Source of the DNA: an uncultured Solirubrobacterales bacterium
GTDB lineage: Bacteria > Actinomycetota > Thermoleophilia > Solirubrobacterales > JBBDJG01
Direction of reading: 5' to 3'
Assembly: GCA_963774075.1 (NCBI GenBank)
Contig: CAVZDP010000003.1
Location: 408,062 to 472,061 of the forward strand
Length of the DNA: 64,000 nucleotides
Shown here: positions 34,107 through 42,641 of the stretch, piece after piece
Position numbering within the stretch: the first letter of the stretch is position 1
How the letters are laid out: every line of letters begins with the position of its first letter
Position numbers and translations under genes: made by a program
The notes under the pieces: model-generated
Told to the model about the DNA's origin: nothing
Seen by the model: only the letters and a program-made list of their open reading frames with translations
The model's database searches: none

Positions 34107-35964
34107 GCAGCCGAGAGACGAGCTCGAGCCGGCCGCGCCCAAGGCTGCGAGCGTGCGCGGCGCCGCGTGGCTCGTCCCGGAGATCCTCGTCGTGGTCTTC
34201 GACCGCCGGCAGGACGACGCCGAGGCCCAGGCGGTCCTGGAGACCAACGGAAGCTCCCACAGCCTCCCGCTGCGCCAGCTCGACATCCCGGCCGGCCCTG
34301 AGGGAAGCGGCGGGTCGGTGGGGCTGCTGTTCGTCCACGTACCCGAGCCGCTTCGCCCGGCTCTCGCTCGCTCCCGGCTCGTCCTCGAGACCGGCGAATC
34401 GGAGCTCTCGCTCTCGGGCAGGCAGGTCGGTGAGGCGGCAAGAAGCCTTCGTGAGCTGGCACGCAGGCACCTCGCCCCGCTGCCGGGCCCGGCTCGCAAC
34501 GAGATCAGCCACTTCGCCGCGATAGCGGCGCCCGGCCTCGCCGGCGCTGCGGCCGAGAAGCTCCAGGAGGCGCTGCACGATCTGAGAGCAGCGCTGCGCG
34601 AGCATCTGCGGCCGGCCGACGAGTCGGCGCGCATGGGGCTCGGCGTGGAGAAGCTGCTCTCGATAGACGCCTTTGCGTTCTACGCCTACGGCTGGATGGG
34701 CGACAGGGACGCGAAGGTAACGCGCATGACGGCTGTGACTCCGGAAGGTGAGCGCGTGGACCTGTCCGAGCGGCTGTTCCGCTACCGGCGACCCGACGTG
34801 TCGGCGCTCTTTCCCGGTGAGCGCGGTGAAGCCGCGGGTACCGGCTTCGCCTGCTACTTCGAGCTCAATTCCCCGAGCCACCTGTCGCGCGGCTGGATGT
34901 TCGAGATCGAGAACGACAGAGGGGACGCGGTCGAGGTCGAGGCTCCCGAGGCCATCTGCGGCCGGCCGGCCGTCACGGTCGAGATCCTCGAAGACCCGTA
35001 TCACCAGCATCGGCAGGACGACGAGTTGATGGCTACACACGTGGTCCCGGCCGTCACCCGCCTTCAGGCCCAAGTGCAAGCGCTCGGGCAGGTCGACTCG
35101 AGCACGGACTTCGGCTCTGTGCCTCGCTCGCCCGAGGTCTCGATCGTCGTGCCGCTGCACGGCCGGATCGACTTGATCGAGTATCAGCTCGCGAAGTTCG
35201 CCGACGACCCCGAGCTGCGCTCAGCCGAGCTGATCTACGTTCTCGACTCGCCGGATCAGGGCGAGCAGCTGCTCGCGCTCGCGGGCGGGATCTCCGAGAT
35301 CTACCGCGTCCCGTTCCGAATCCACGTGCTTGCGGAGAGCGTCGGCTTCGCGGGCGCCTGCAACGCCGGCGCCGCGGCCGCTTCCGGTCGTCTCGTTCTG
35401 CTGCTCAACTCGGACGTGCTCCCATCCAGGCCGGGCTGGCTCGGCTCCTTGGCGGCCTTCTACGACGAGACGCCGCGCATTGGCGCGCTCGGCCCCAAGC
35501 TGCTCTACGAGGACGACACGATCCAGGCAGCGGGGATGTACCTCCACAAGGCGCCGGAGGAAACGGTCTGGCGTGATGCGCACTACTTCAAGTGCCTCCA
35601 CAAGAGCTTTCCGGCCGCGAACGTGGCCCGACCCGTGCCGGCGATCTCCGGTGCATGCATGATGGTCGTGCGAGAGCTGTACGAGCAGCTCGGCGGCATG
35701 CGCGGCGCCTACGTCAGGGGCGACTACGAGGACTTCGACCTCTGCCTGCGCCTGGCCGAGCTGGGTCTCGAGAACTGGTACCTGCCACACGTCGAGCTCT
35801 ATCACCTCGAGGCGCTCTCATACGAGAGCAGCGCCCGGCTCGGCGCCAATCGCTACAACGCCTGGCTGCACACTCACCTGTGGCGGAGCCGCATCGAGAC
35901 GCTGATGAGCGGCCACGAGTCACCCGATGGCGCCCCGGCGCTGAACGTGGCCGCCGGCGAGTGA
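34099..35964 (+). CDS. X-GT2 glycosyltransferase (paralog 4 of 4)
   Basis: The GTG at 34099 overlaps the upstream stop by 8 nt (GTGCCTGA; compare GTGCCTAG at 29887). The N-domain is LLSIDAFAFYAYGWMGDRDAKVTRMTAVTPEG..LFRYRRPDV..GWMFEIE. The GT2 part is VSIVVPLHGRIDLIEYQLAKF..LIYVLDSPD..SVGFAGACNAG..LLNSDVLPSRPGW..LLYEDDTIQAAGM..GDYEDFDLCLRL. Confidence 0.85.
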   Translation: MPEQPRDELEPAAPKAASVRGAAWLVPEILVVVFDRRQDDAEAQAVLETNGSSHSLPLRQLDIPAGPEGSGGSVGLLFVHVPEPLRPALARSRLVLETGESELSLSGRQVGEAARSLRELARRHLAPLPGPARNEISHFAAIAAPGLAGAAAEKLQEALHDLRAALREHLRPADESARMGLGVEKLLSIDAFAFYAYGWMGDRDAKVTRMTAVTPEGERVDLSERLFRYRRPDVSALFPGERGEAAGTGFACYFELNSPSHLSRGWMFEIENDRGDAVEVEAPEAICGRPAVTVEILEDPYHQHRQDDELMATHVVPAVTRLQAQVQALGQVDSSTDFGSVPRSPEVSIVVPLHGRIDLIEYQLAKFADDPELRSAELIYVLDSPDQGEQLLALAGGISEIYRVPFRIHVLAESVGFAGACNAGAAAASGRLVLLLNSDVLPSRPGWLGSLAAFYDETPRIGALGPKLLYEDDTIQAAGMYLHKAPEETVWRDAHYFKCLHKSFPAANVARPVPAISGACMMVVRELYEQLGGMRGAYVRGDYEDFDLCLRLAELGLENWYLPHVELYHLEALSYESSARLGANRYNAWLHTHLWRSRIETLMSGHESPDGAPALNVAAGE

Positions 35965-36010
35965 CCGCTGGTACGGTGGCGGTCGAGATTGGAGGTGGAG
36001 GACAGCTCCC

Positions 36011-37336
36011 GTGAGCTCCGTGACGAAGATCGCGTTCCAGCGCGCCGAGCCCGACGGCGAGAACCTCGCCGACTTCTGGTTCGAGTTCGTCGATGAGGCC
36101 GGCCCGTACGAGCTTATTCTGGACGGGTGGGTGATCGGGGGGCAGGGCCCGGTCCAGGCGGTGGAAGTGGGAGCCGAGGGAATACTTCTGTGGTCCCTGC
36201 CCCTCAACGTTCGCCGGGAGGACCTGCGAGCGTTGCATCCCGAGATACCGTGGTCCGACGGGGCGGGGATCAGGCACGAGCTGAGCGCCCTGAAGCTGCG
36301 AACGGAGTTTTTTTTGGAGGTCGGAGTGCTGCTCGAGAACGGCGATCGGGTCGGCATCGGCTCTCTCGTCGGCAGGCGTGACCCGCTGCCCGCCGGCCCG
36401 TCCCAGTTCGACCCCGTCATGCTCACGTCGCTCGGACGCACGGGCTCGACCTGGGTGATGACGCTCCTCGGCCAGCATCCCGAGATCGTGGTCTACCGTC
36501 CCTTCGACTACGAGCCCAGGGTCACGCGCTACTGGGCCGAGGTCTTCGGCGTGCTCAGCGAGCCCGCCAGCCATCGCCAGGTTCTCGGCGCCGTGGAGGA
36601 GTACTACCCCGAATGGTGGATGGGCAAGAGGCGTGAGCTGCCGCCTGTCGACAGGAGGGATCCAGAGCTGGAGGGGTGGCTCGGTGGGCACGGCGTGGAG
36701 GCGCTGGCGCGAATGTGCCGAGAGAGGTCGGACGACTTCTACGCGCACGTGGCAGGCACGCAAGGGAAGGATGGTGCCCGATACTTCGCCGAGAAGTGGC
36801 TGCCGGGAATGTTCTCTCAGCACATACTCCCCGAGCTCTACCGAGACCCCAAGCAGGTGTTCCTGGTGCGCGACTTCAGGGACATGGCCTCTTCCATAAT
36901 TGCCTTCGACCGCAAGCGTGGGTTCACGGGGTTCGGCCGCTCGACGGACGTCACCGACGCGGAGTACGTCCGCCGCTTGAAGCTGGACGTCGATTCACTT
37001 CTGAGCAGCTGGAGGCGCTACCAGGATTCGGCATTCCTCCTGAGATACGAGGAGTTGATATCCGATCCGGTCCCAACGCTGCGCTCGCTGCTGTCGTATC
37101 TCGACCTCGAAGCGAGCGAGATCCTGGCCGAGCGCATGGTCGAAGAGGCACAGGACGATGCCGCCCGCAGAGGGAGAACGCACCCGACGAGCGCCACTCC
37201 CGCCGCTTCGATCGGCCGCTGGCGGCAAGAGCTCGACGCGGAGGCCCAGGCCGCGTGCGAGGAGGCGTTTCGCGAGGCTCTCGATGCCTTCGGGTACGAC
37301 GAGGAGCGGTACGGAGCGAAGGCTGTTTCTTCCTAG
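36011..37336 (+). CDS. PAPS-dependent sulfotransferase with a ~130-aa N-terminal unknown domain (N-ST paralog 1 of 3)
   Basis: The 5'-PSB-like P-loop is LTSLGRTGSTWVMTLLGQHP. The 3'-PB-like motif is VFLVRDFRDMASSIIAF, then LLRYEELISDP..IGRWRQEL. The GTG start is preceded by GGAGGTGGAGG. The N-terminal domain shares GWV.G...V.AVEV...L.LP.EF with the ORFs at 37953 and 41126. Confidence 0.8.
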   Translation: MSSVTKIAFQRAEPDGENLADFWFEFVDEAGPYELILDGWVIGGQGPVQAVEVGAEGILLWSLPLNVRREDLRALHPEIPWSDGAGIRHELSALKLRTEFFLEVGVLLENGDRVGIGSLVGRRDPLPAGPSQFDPVMLTSLGRTGSTWVMTLLGQHPEIVVYRPFDYEPRVTRYWAEVFGVLSEPASHRQVLGAVEEYYPEWWMGKRRELPPVDRRDPELEGWLGGHGVEALARMCRERSDDFYAHVAGTQGKDGARYFAEKWLPGMFSQHILPELYRDPKQVFLVRDFRDMASSIIAFDRKRGFTGFGRSTDVTDAEYVRRLKLDVDSLLSSWRRYQDSAFLLRYEELISDPVPTLRSLLSYLDLEASEILAERMVEEAQDDAARRGRTHPTSATPAASIGRWRQELDAEAQAACEEAFREALDAFGYDEERYGAKAVSS

Positions 37337-37348
37337 GTCGCGCCCGAG

Positions 37349-37948
37349 ATGGTGATCGGCGACAGGTTCGCGTGGGGTCACGTGCCCAAGACGGGGGGCG
37401 AGGCGACCCGCTCGATGTTCGACCTCTTCCCCGAGCTGATCCGCTTCTCGGATCCCCGGAACTCCGCCGAGCAGCACACGACCTTCGAGGCGCGGATCGA
37501 GCAGGTCGAAGGCAAGCTGCTTGCACTCAACATGCGCAGGCTGCCGGCGTGGATCCTGAGCCGCGAGCAGCACAAGGCGCGCTGGGGGCTTCATCCCGAC
37601 TACAGGCCGATCCCGATGGACTCGGCCGAGCAGATGGCCGAAAGCTCCTTTCCCGACTACCGGCTCTCCGGGTTCCTGCGTAACGGGGCCTTTCGCATCG
37701 ACCGGTGGCTGCGGATGGAGCAGCTCGCCGAAGACTTTTTCGCCTTCGTGTCCGAGCTGACCGAGGTTGACGCCGACGCCAGGGAGCGAATCGACGAGCT
37801 GGGAAGCGTGAACGCGAACGACTACGACCACGAGCTCGCACATTGGTTCACGCCCGAGCAGGTGCAGAGCCTGTACCGCAACAACCCACTGTGGGCGTCG
37901 GTCGAGCGGCAGGTGTACGGGGACCTGGCGCCCGGCAGTGAGGGCTGA
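37349..37948 (+). CDS. Small sulfotransferase-family protein (HxPKTGG type)
   Basis: It starts MVIGDRFAWGHVPKTGGEATRSMF. The xHVPKTGG motif near the N-terminus is the PAPS 5'-phosphosulfate loop of Sulfotransfer_2-like enzymes. It is related to the ORF at 54798 (ILIHVPRTGGQFIRKV). 199 aa. Confidence 0.65.
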   Translation: MVIGDRFAWGHVPKTGGEATRSMFDLFPELIRFSDPRNSAEQHTTFEARIEQVEGKLLALNMRRLPAWILSREQHKARWGLHPDYRPIPMDSAEQMAESSFPDYRLSGFLRNGAFRIDRWLRMEQLAEDFFAFVSELTEVDADARERIDELGSVNANDYDHELAHWFTPEQVQSLYRNNPLWASVERQVYGDLAPGSEG

Positions 37949-37952
37949 CGGG

Positions 37953-39335
37953 ATGGCCGTATACCGAGTCCTGGACGTCCAGGTTCCGGCCGAGCCGGCC
38001 GAGGAGCTGCTTGGTTCGTTCATCGACCTGCCCAAGGTGGGAGACGAAGGGGACGTGTTCGTGCTCCACGTCGTCGGCTGGGTTCTCGGCCGCCACTCTC
38101 CCGCGACCGCCGTCGAGGTCGTCTACCAGCCCGAGCCGGACATAGTGCGGCCGGGGCCGGACCGCGTGATCCGGATCACGCCCATCCGCGGCGACCGCGG
38201 CGACGTCGCCGCCGCCTACCCGGGGGTTCCGGCGGAGATCGACTGCCATTTCGAGTCGCTTCTCTCGGTAGTCGGACTCACGCCCGAGTTCGAGCTGCGC
38301 CTGAAAGCCGTGCTCGAGGACCAGACGCGCGTCCCGATCGGGTCGCTGCGAGTCCGGCACGAGCCGCTTCGCACCAGCTTCGAGCCGACGATGCAGCCGC
38401 TCACGCTGACCTGCCTGGGTCGCACCGGGACGACGTGGGTGATGGGGATGCTCGCCGCTCATCCGCAGATCGCCGTGTACCGCCGCTTTCCGTACGAGTC
38501 GAGCACCGCCAAGTACTGGATGCAAATGCTCAAGGTGCTCGCCGAGCCGTCGAACATGGTCCAGTCGTCCCACCCCGACACGTTCCACAACGACATCTGG
38601 CGCGTCGGCCACAACCCCTATTACGACGACGCGATCGCGAGCAACCCTACGCACAACGCCTGGTTCGGCCGGTCCTATGTGGAGCGCTTGGCGGCCTTCA
38701 GCCAGCAGAGCATCGAGGACTGGTACCGGACCCTTGCCGAGACGCAGGGACAGGAGAGCCCCCTCTACTTCGCGGAGAAGCACCTGTGGCCGAATTACAT
38801 CCCGGTGCTCATGCGCGAGCTGTACCCGCGCGCGAAGGAAATCTTTCTCGTGCGCGACTTTCGCGACATGGCGCTCTCGATCATGGCGTTCGACGCGAAG
38901 CGTGGCTGGGCCGGCTTCGGGCGCCGGGAAGGCACCACCGACGAGCAGTACCTGCAGGAGGTCCTGCGACCCGCTGCGCTCAGCATGGCCAACAGCTGGC
39001 GCACGCGGGGCTCGAGCTCTCATCTCGTGCGCTACGAGGACATGGTGCTCCAGCCCCGATCGACGCTGAGCGCCCTGCTCGAATACCTGGAGCTCGACGC
39101 TTCGCCCGACCTGGTCGACTCCTTGCTCGAGCAGGCTTCGATGGAGACCGACCAGGTTCGGCGCCACCGCACCACGCGCGACCCCCGCGAGTCGATAGGT
39201 CGCTGGCGGCGAGAGCGCGACGACCTTTTTCGCGAGGCATGCAACGCGGCGTTTGCGGACGTGCTGCCAGAGTTCGGTTATTCCGAGCACGGCTACACCG
39301 AGTCGGGCGTCTCGGAGTCCGGCGTAGGCTCGTGA
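37953..39335 (+). CDS. PAPS-dependent sulfotransferase with N-terminal unknown domain (N-ST paralog 2 of 3)
   Basis: It reads LTCLGRTGTTWVMGMLAAHP..IFLVRDFRDMALSIMAF..LVRYEDMVLQP..IGRWRRER. ATG 37953 is preferred over GTG 37938, which would overlap the upstream gene. Confidence 0.8.
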   Translation: MAVYRVLDVQVPAEPAEELLGSFIDLPKVGDEGDVFVLHVVGWVLGRHSPATAVEVVYQPEPDIVRPGPDRVIRITPIRGDRGDVAAAYPGVPAEIDCHFESLLSVVGLTPEFELRLKAVLEDQTRVPIGSLRVRHEPLRTSFEPTMQPLTLTCLGRTGTTWVMGMLAAHPQIAVYRRFPYESSTAKYWMQMLKVLAEPSNMVQSSHPDTFHNDIWRVGHNPYYDDAIASNPTHNAWFGRSYVERLAAFSQQSIEDWYRTLAETQGQESPLYFAEKHLWPNYIPVLMRELYPRAKEIFLVRDFRDMALSIMAFDAKRGWAGFGRREGTTDEQYLQEVLRPAALSMANSWRTRGSSSHLVRYEDMVLQPRSTLSALLEYLELDASPDLVDSLLEQASMETDQVRRHRTTRDPRESIGRWRRERDDLFREACNAAFADVLPEFGYSEHGYTESGVSESGVGS

Positions 39336-40480
39336 TAGCCGTCGTCGCGGGCTCCGTCGCCCAGCGTCCGGGGCGAGGCGGTCACACCTGGGTCTTCCTC
39401 CAGTACCTGCTCGGACTGCGCGAGCTCGGCTGGGAGGTGCTGCTGCTGGATCGCCTCGAGCCGGGCATGCCAACGGATGAGCTGGGACAGCCGTGCGACC
39501 CCGAGCGCTCGGTCAACGTCGCGTACATGCGCGAGGTGATGAGGGGCTTCGGCCTCGAAGAGAGCTACTCCATCTTTCTCGGCGACGGAGAGTCGATCGG
39601 GCTCACGCGAGAGGAGGCGGTCGAGCGGCTCGCCGCATCCGAGCTGCTGCTGAACGTGAACGGCTTCCTGACCGACCCGGACCTGCTCTCGCGAGCCTCC
39701 AAGCGCGTCTTCCTCGACATCGATCCGGGCTTCTGGCAGATGTGGCGAGAGCTCGGCCTCCACGACGCCTTCGGGGGCCACGACGCCTACGTGACGGTCG
39801 CAGAATCGATCGGCCGCCCGGGCTGCGCGGTCCCCACCTGCGGACTCGACTGGATCACCACGCCGCAGCCGGTGGTGCTGGACCAGTGGCCCATGGCCGC
39901 CGGCGCCGGCGGCCGCTTCACGAGCGTGGGGAGCTGGCGCGGGCCGTTTGCCCCGATCGAGTACGGCGGGGTCACCTACGGACTGCGCGTCCACGAGCTG
40001 CGCCGGTTCGCCGAGCTGCCCCGGCGTTCGAGCGAAGGATTCGAGCTCGCCCTGGACATCGACGCCGCCGATGCTGCGGACGCCCAGCTCCTGAGGGAGA
40101 ACGGGTGGTCCCTGGTGGATCCTGCTATCGCGGCGCGCGACCCTTGGGCGTACCGCTCTTACGTCCAGGGCTCGAAGGCCGAGCTGATGGTCGCCAAGAA
40201 CATGCCCGTGCGGGCGCGAAGCGGCTGGTTCAGCGATCGCAGCATCTGCTACCTCGCCTCGGGGCGGCCCGTCCTCGCGCAGGAGACGGGCTTCTCGGAC
40301 AACCATCCGACCGGGCGCGGGCTGGTGGCTTACGAGACGCTCGAGCAGGCGGTCGACGGCGCTTCGGCCATCGCGGCCGACTACGATCTTCACTCTCGCG
40401 CGGCGCGTGCCCTGGCCGAGGATCGCTTCGGCTCCAAAAAGGTGCTGACGCGCCTGCTGGAGAGGTTGGAGGTGGCATGA
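39332..40480 (+). CDS. ~380-aa GT-B-like protein (family member 2 of 4), function unassigned; candidate glycosyltransferase
   Basis: The GTG at 39332 overlaps the upstream stop (GTGA). It reads VIAVVAGSVAQRPGRGGHTWVFLQYLLGLRELGWEVLLLD..LLNVNGF..VFLDIDPGFWQMW..SGWFSDRSICYLASGRPVLAQETGFS..GLVAYETLEQAV. The 681-aa track ORF is a read-through artefact across the upstream sulfotransferase in another frame. Confidence 0.8.
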   Translation: MIAVVAGSVAQRPGRGGHTWVFLQYLLGLRELGWEVLLLDRLEPGMPTDELGQPCDPERSVNVAYMREVMRGFGLEESYSIFLGDGESIGLTREEAVERLAASELLLNVNGFLTDPDLLSRASKRVFLDIDPGFWQMWRELGLHDAFGGHDAYVTVAESIGRPGCAVPTCGLDWITTPQPVVLDQWPMAAGAGGRFTSVGSWRGPFAPIEYGGVTYGLRVHELRRFAELPRRSSEGFELALDIDAADAADAQLLRENGWSLVDPAIAARDPWAYRSYVQGSKAELMVAKNMPVRARSGWFSDRSICYLASGRPVLAQETGFSDNHPTGRGLVAYETLEQAVDGASAIAADYDLHSRAARALAEDRFGSKKVLTRLLERLEVA

Positions 40481-40559
40481 TCCGCGCGAGCGAGGCCCTT
40501 GCGGCGAAGGTGCGCAGGGCACGATCCGATGGACCCGACTCCGGGAGAGTGTCGAGCTG

Positions 40560-41114
40560 ATGGCAGGTCAAAAGACGGAGCTGAGAAGGCTGAACTGGGG
40601 CTGCGGCCCCTGGACGGTGGAGGGATGGATCAACTCGGACATCGCGGACCACCCCGGGGTGGAGCTCGTCTGCGACATTCGGGAGGGGTTGCCGCTCGAG
40701 GACGAGAGCATCGACTATGCCGTCAGCAACCATGCTCTGCCCGAGATTCCCTACTCCGACCTGCTGCCCACGCTGGACGAGCTCCGGCGGGTGCTGAAGC
40801 CAGGCGGCGTCCTGCGCCTGGCGCTGCCCGACATGGACAAGGGCATCGACGCCTACCGGTCCGGCGAGGAGGACTACTTCCTCATTCCCAACGAGGAGTG
40901 GCGCAGCATCGGCTCGAAGTTCGTCGTGCAGATGGTCTGGTACGGCTACTCACGCACGATGTTCAACCACGACTTCGTCGCGGAGCTGCTCATCAAGGCG
41001 CAGTTCTCGCAGGTCACTCGCTGCGAGTTCCAGCAGACGGCGAGCCCGTACCCGGAGATCGTCGAGATCGACAACCGCGAACGCGAGAGCCTGTTCGTCG
41101 AGGCAGTCAGGTAG
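40560..41114 (+). CDS. Class I SAM-dependent methyltransferase (small)
   Basis: It reads LRRLNWGCGPWTVEGWINSD..ESIDYAVSNHALPEIPY..LRRVLKPGGVLRLALPD. 184 aa. Confidence 0.75.
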   Translation: MAGQKTELRRLNWGCGPWTVEGWINSDIADHPGVELVCDIREGLPLEDESIDYAVSNHALPEIPYSDLLPTLDELRRVLKPGGVLRLALPDMDKGIDAYRSGEEDYFLIPNEEWRSIGSKFVVQMVWYGYSRTMFNHDFVAELLIKAQFSQVTRCEFQQTASPYPEIVEIDNRERESLFVEAVR

Positions 41115-41125
41115 GGCTTGCCGCC

Positions 41126-42475
41126 GTGGAGGCGTTGGTCGAGTTCTCGGACGTCCGCGTCCTCGAGACCGGCGGCGACGCGCTGTGGGGGTTCTCGCTC
41201 GACGGCCCGCGCGTCGGGCCGGACGCCGCCCCGGAGGGGCCCATCCGGGCCCACGCCTTCGACCTGCGGGGCTGGGTGCTCGGGCGGCGCGCGCGGGTGG
41301 AGGCCGTGGAGGTCCTGTACGCGGGGGCATGCCTTTGGCGCGTGCCGACCGACGTCAGGCGCCGCGACGTGGCCGAATCGTTCCCCGACGCGGAGGGCGC
41401 CGAGCACAGCGGCTTCTTCGTGCCGGTCAACTCGCTCTCCCTGCCGCCTGAGTTCGAGCTGCTGGTCGTGGCGGCGTTGAGCGATGGCACGAGGGTGGAG
41501 CTGGCCGAGATCCGGGGCAGCCGGCAAGCATTGCGCTTCGACCTCGAGCCCCGCCTGCGCCCTCTCATGGTGACGACGATCGGGCGCACGGGCTCGTCGA
41601 TGCTGGTGCACCTGCTGGGCGCGCACCCCGCCGTGGTCGCGTATCGCCCGTTTCGGACCGAGCCGCGGGTGGCGAGCTACTGGATCGGCGTCCTGCGCGC
41701 GCTCTCCGAGCCGGCTAGCTATCGGCGCCAGATACTCCAGGCACAGAACCTCCACGACCCCACATGGTGGCTCGGGCGAGAGGGAAGGCTGCCACGCCGC
41801 ACGCTCGACAGGGAGTTTCAGGACTGGCTCGGCTCCGACGCTGTGGAATCGCTGGCCGAGCTCTGCCGGAGCCGGATCGACGCGGTCTACTCGCGGATCG
41901 CCGACCTCTTCGACCGCCCGGATGCGACGTACTTCACCGAGAAGTTCCAGCCCGACGCGGTACCCGACCTCGTCTGGGAGCTGTACCCGAACGCGCGCGA
42001 GATCGTGCTGGTGCGCGACTTCCGCGACATGCTCTGCTCGATGCTCGCCTTCAACGCCAAGCGGGGCATCCAGGGCTTCGGCCGCCAGCGCGCCGACAGC
42101 GACAGCGAATTCGTCGAGGAGATCGGGAAGCCGGCCAAGGCGCTCGCGCGCAGCTGGGAGCGGCGCTCGGGGCAGGCGCACCTCGTGCGCTACGAGGAGC
42201 TCGTCGCGGATCCGGCGCGCACACTCGAAGCAATCCTTCGCTACGCCGATCTGGACTCCGGCCCGGAGGCGGTGGCGGCGATGAGGCAGAGCCTCGAGGA
42301 CGCCGAGGACGATGCTGTTGTCCACCGCACCGCCGAAGACGGGCCCGAAGCATCGGTGGGCCGCTGGCGTCGCGAGCTCCCCGACGAGCTGCGCGAGCAC
42401 GCGGGGCGATCCTTCGCGCCCGCGCTGGAGGCGTTCGGCTACCCCGTCGACGCAGCGACGCCTAAGAGCCTCTAA
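41126..42475 (+). CDS. PAPS-dependent sulfotransferase with N-terminal unknown domain (N-ST paralog 3 of 3)
   Basis: An in-frame GTG at 41126, just after the upstream stop, gives VEALVEFSDVRVLETGG. It continues VTTIGRTGSSMLVHLLGAHP..IVLVRDFRDMLCSMLAF..LVRYEELVADP..VGRWRREL. The 5' part of the 658-aa track ORF overlaps the methyltransferase in another frame. Confidence 0.8.
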   Translation: MEALVEFSDVRVLETGGDALWGFSLDGPRVGPDAAPEGPIRAHAFDLRGWVLGRRARVEAVEVLYAGACLWRVPTDVRRRDVAESFPDAEGAEHSGFFVPVNSLSLPPEFELLVVAALSDGTRVELAEIRGSRQALRFDLEPRLRPLMVTTIGRTGSSMLVHLLGAHPAVVAYRPFRTEPRVASYWIGVLRALSEPASYRRQILQAQNLHDPTWWLGREGRLPRRTLDREFQDWLGSDAVESLAELCRSRIDAVYSRIADLFDRPDATYFTEKFQPDAVPDLVWELYPNAREIVLVRDFRDMLCSMLAFNAKRGIQGFGRQRADSDSEFVEEIGKPAKALARSWERRSGQAHLVRYEELVADPARTLEAILRYADLDSGPEAVAAMRQSLEDAEDDAVVHRTAEDGPEASVGRWRRELPDELREHAGRSFAPALEAFGYPVDAATPKSL

Positions 42476-42641
42476 CGAAATGCCCGTGGTGCCTGAGGCG
42501 GCGAGAATCAAGTCAGCCAAGGACGCAGGGAGACCCCATACCCAGGCGGTATGGGGTCGACCGAGGACGCAGGATGGCGATGATTCGCAGCCGCGTCAGG
42601 CGTCTGCGGGTGTTTCTGTTGGAGGCTTAAGAGGTAGGCCG

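Noticed and set aside
17397-35964. The cassette repetition as an assembly artefact or very recent tandem amplification.
   Set aside because: Paralogs differ at a large fraction of positions at both protein and DNA level, for example in different linker lengths, different N-termini, and one cassette with a single GT4. The copies are therefore distinct loci rather than collapsed or duplicated reads.
38435-40480. The 681-aa ORF as one gene. The same applies to 40499-42475 (658 aa), 15382-16824 (480 aa), 57985-59082 (365 aa), 50242-51789 (515 aa) and 42312-43592 (426 aa).
   Set aside because: In each case the 5' portion overlaps a well-supported upstream gene in another frame and has junk composition. 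The conserved protein begins at an internal start codon that abuts or overlaps the upstream stop. I trimmed these to 39332, 41126, 16227, 58540, 50998 and 42642 respectively.
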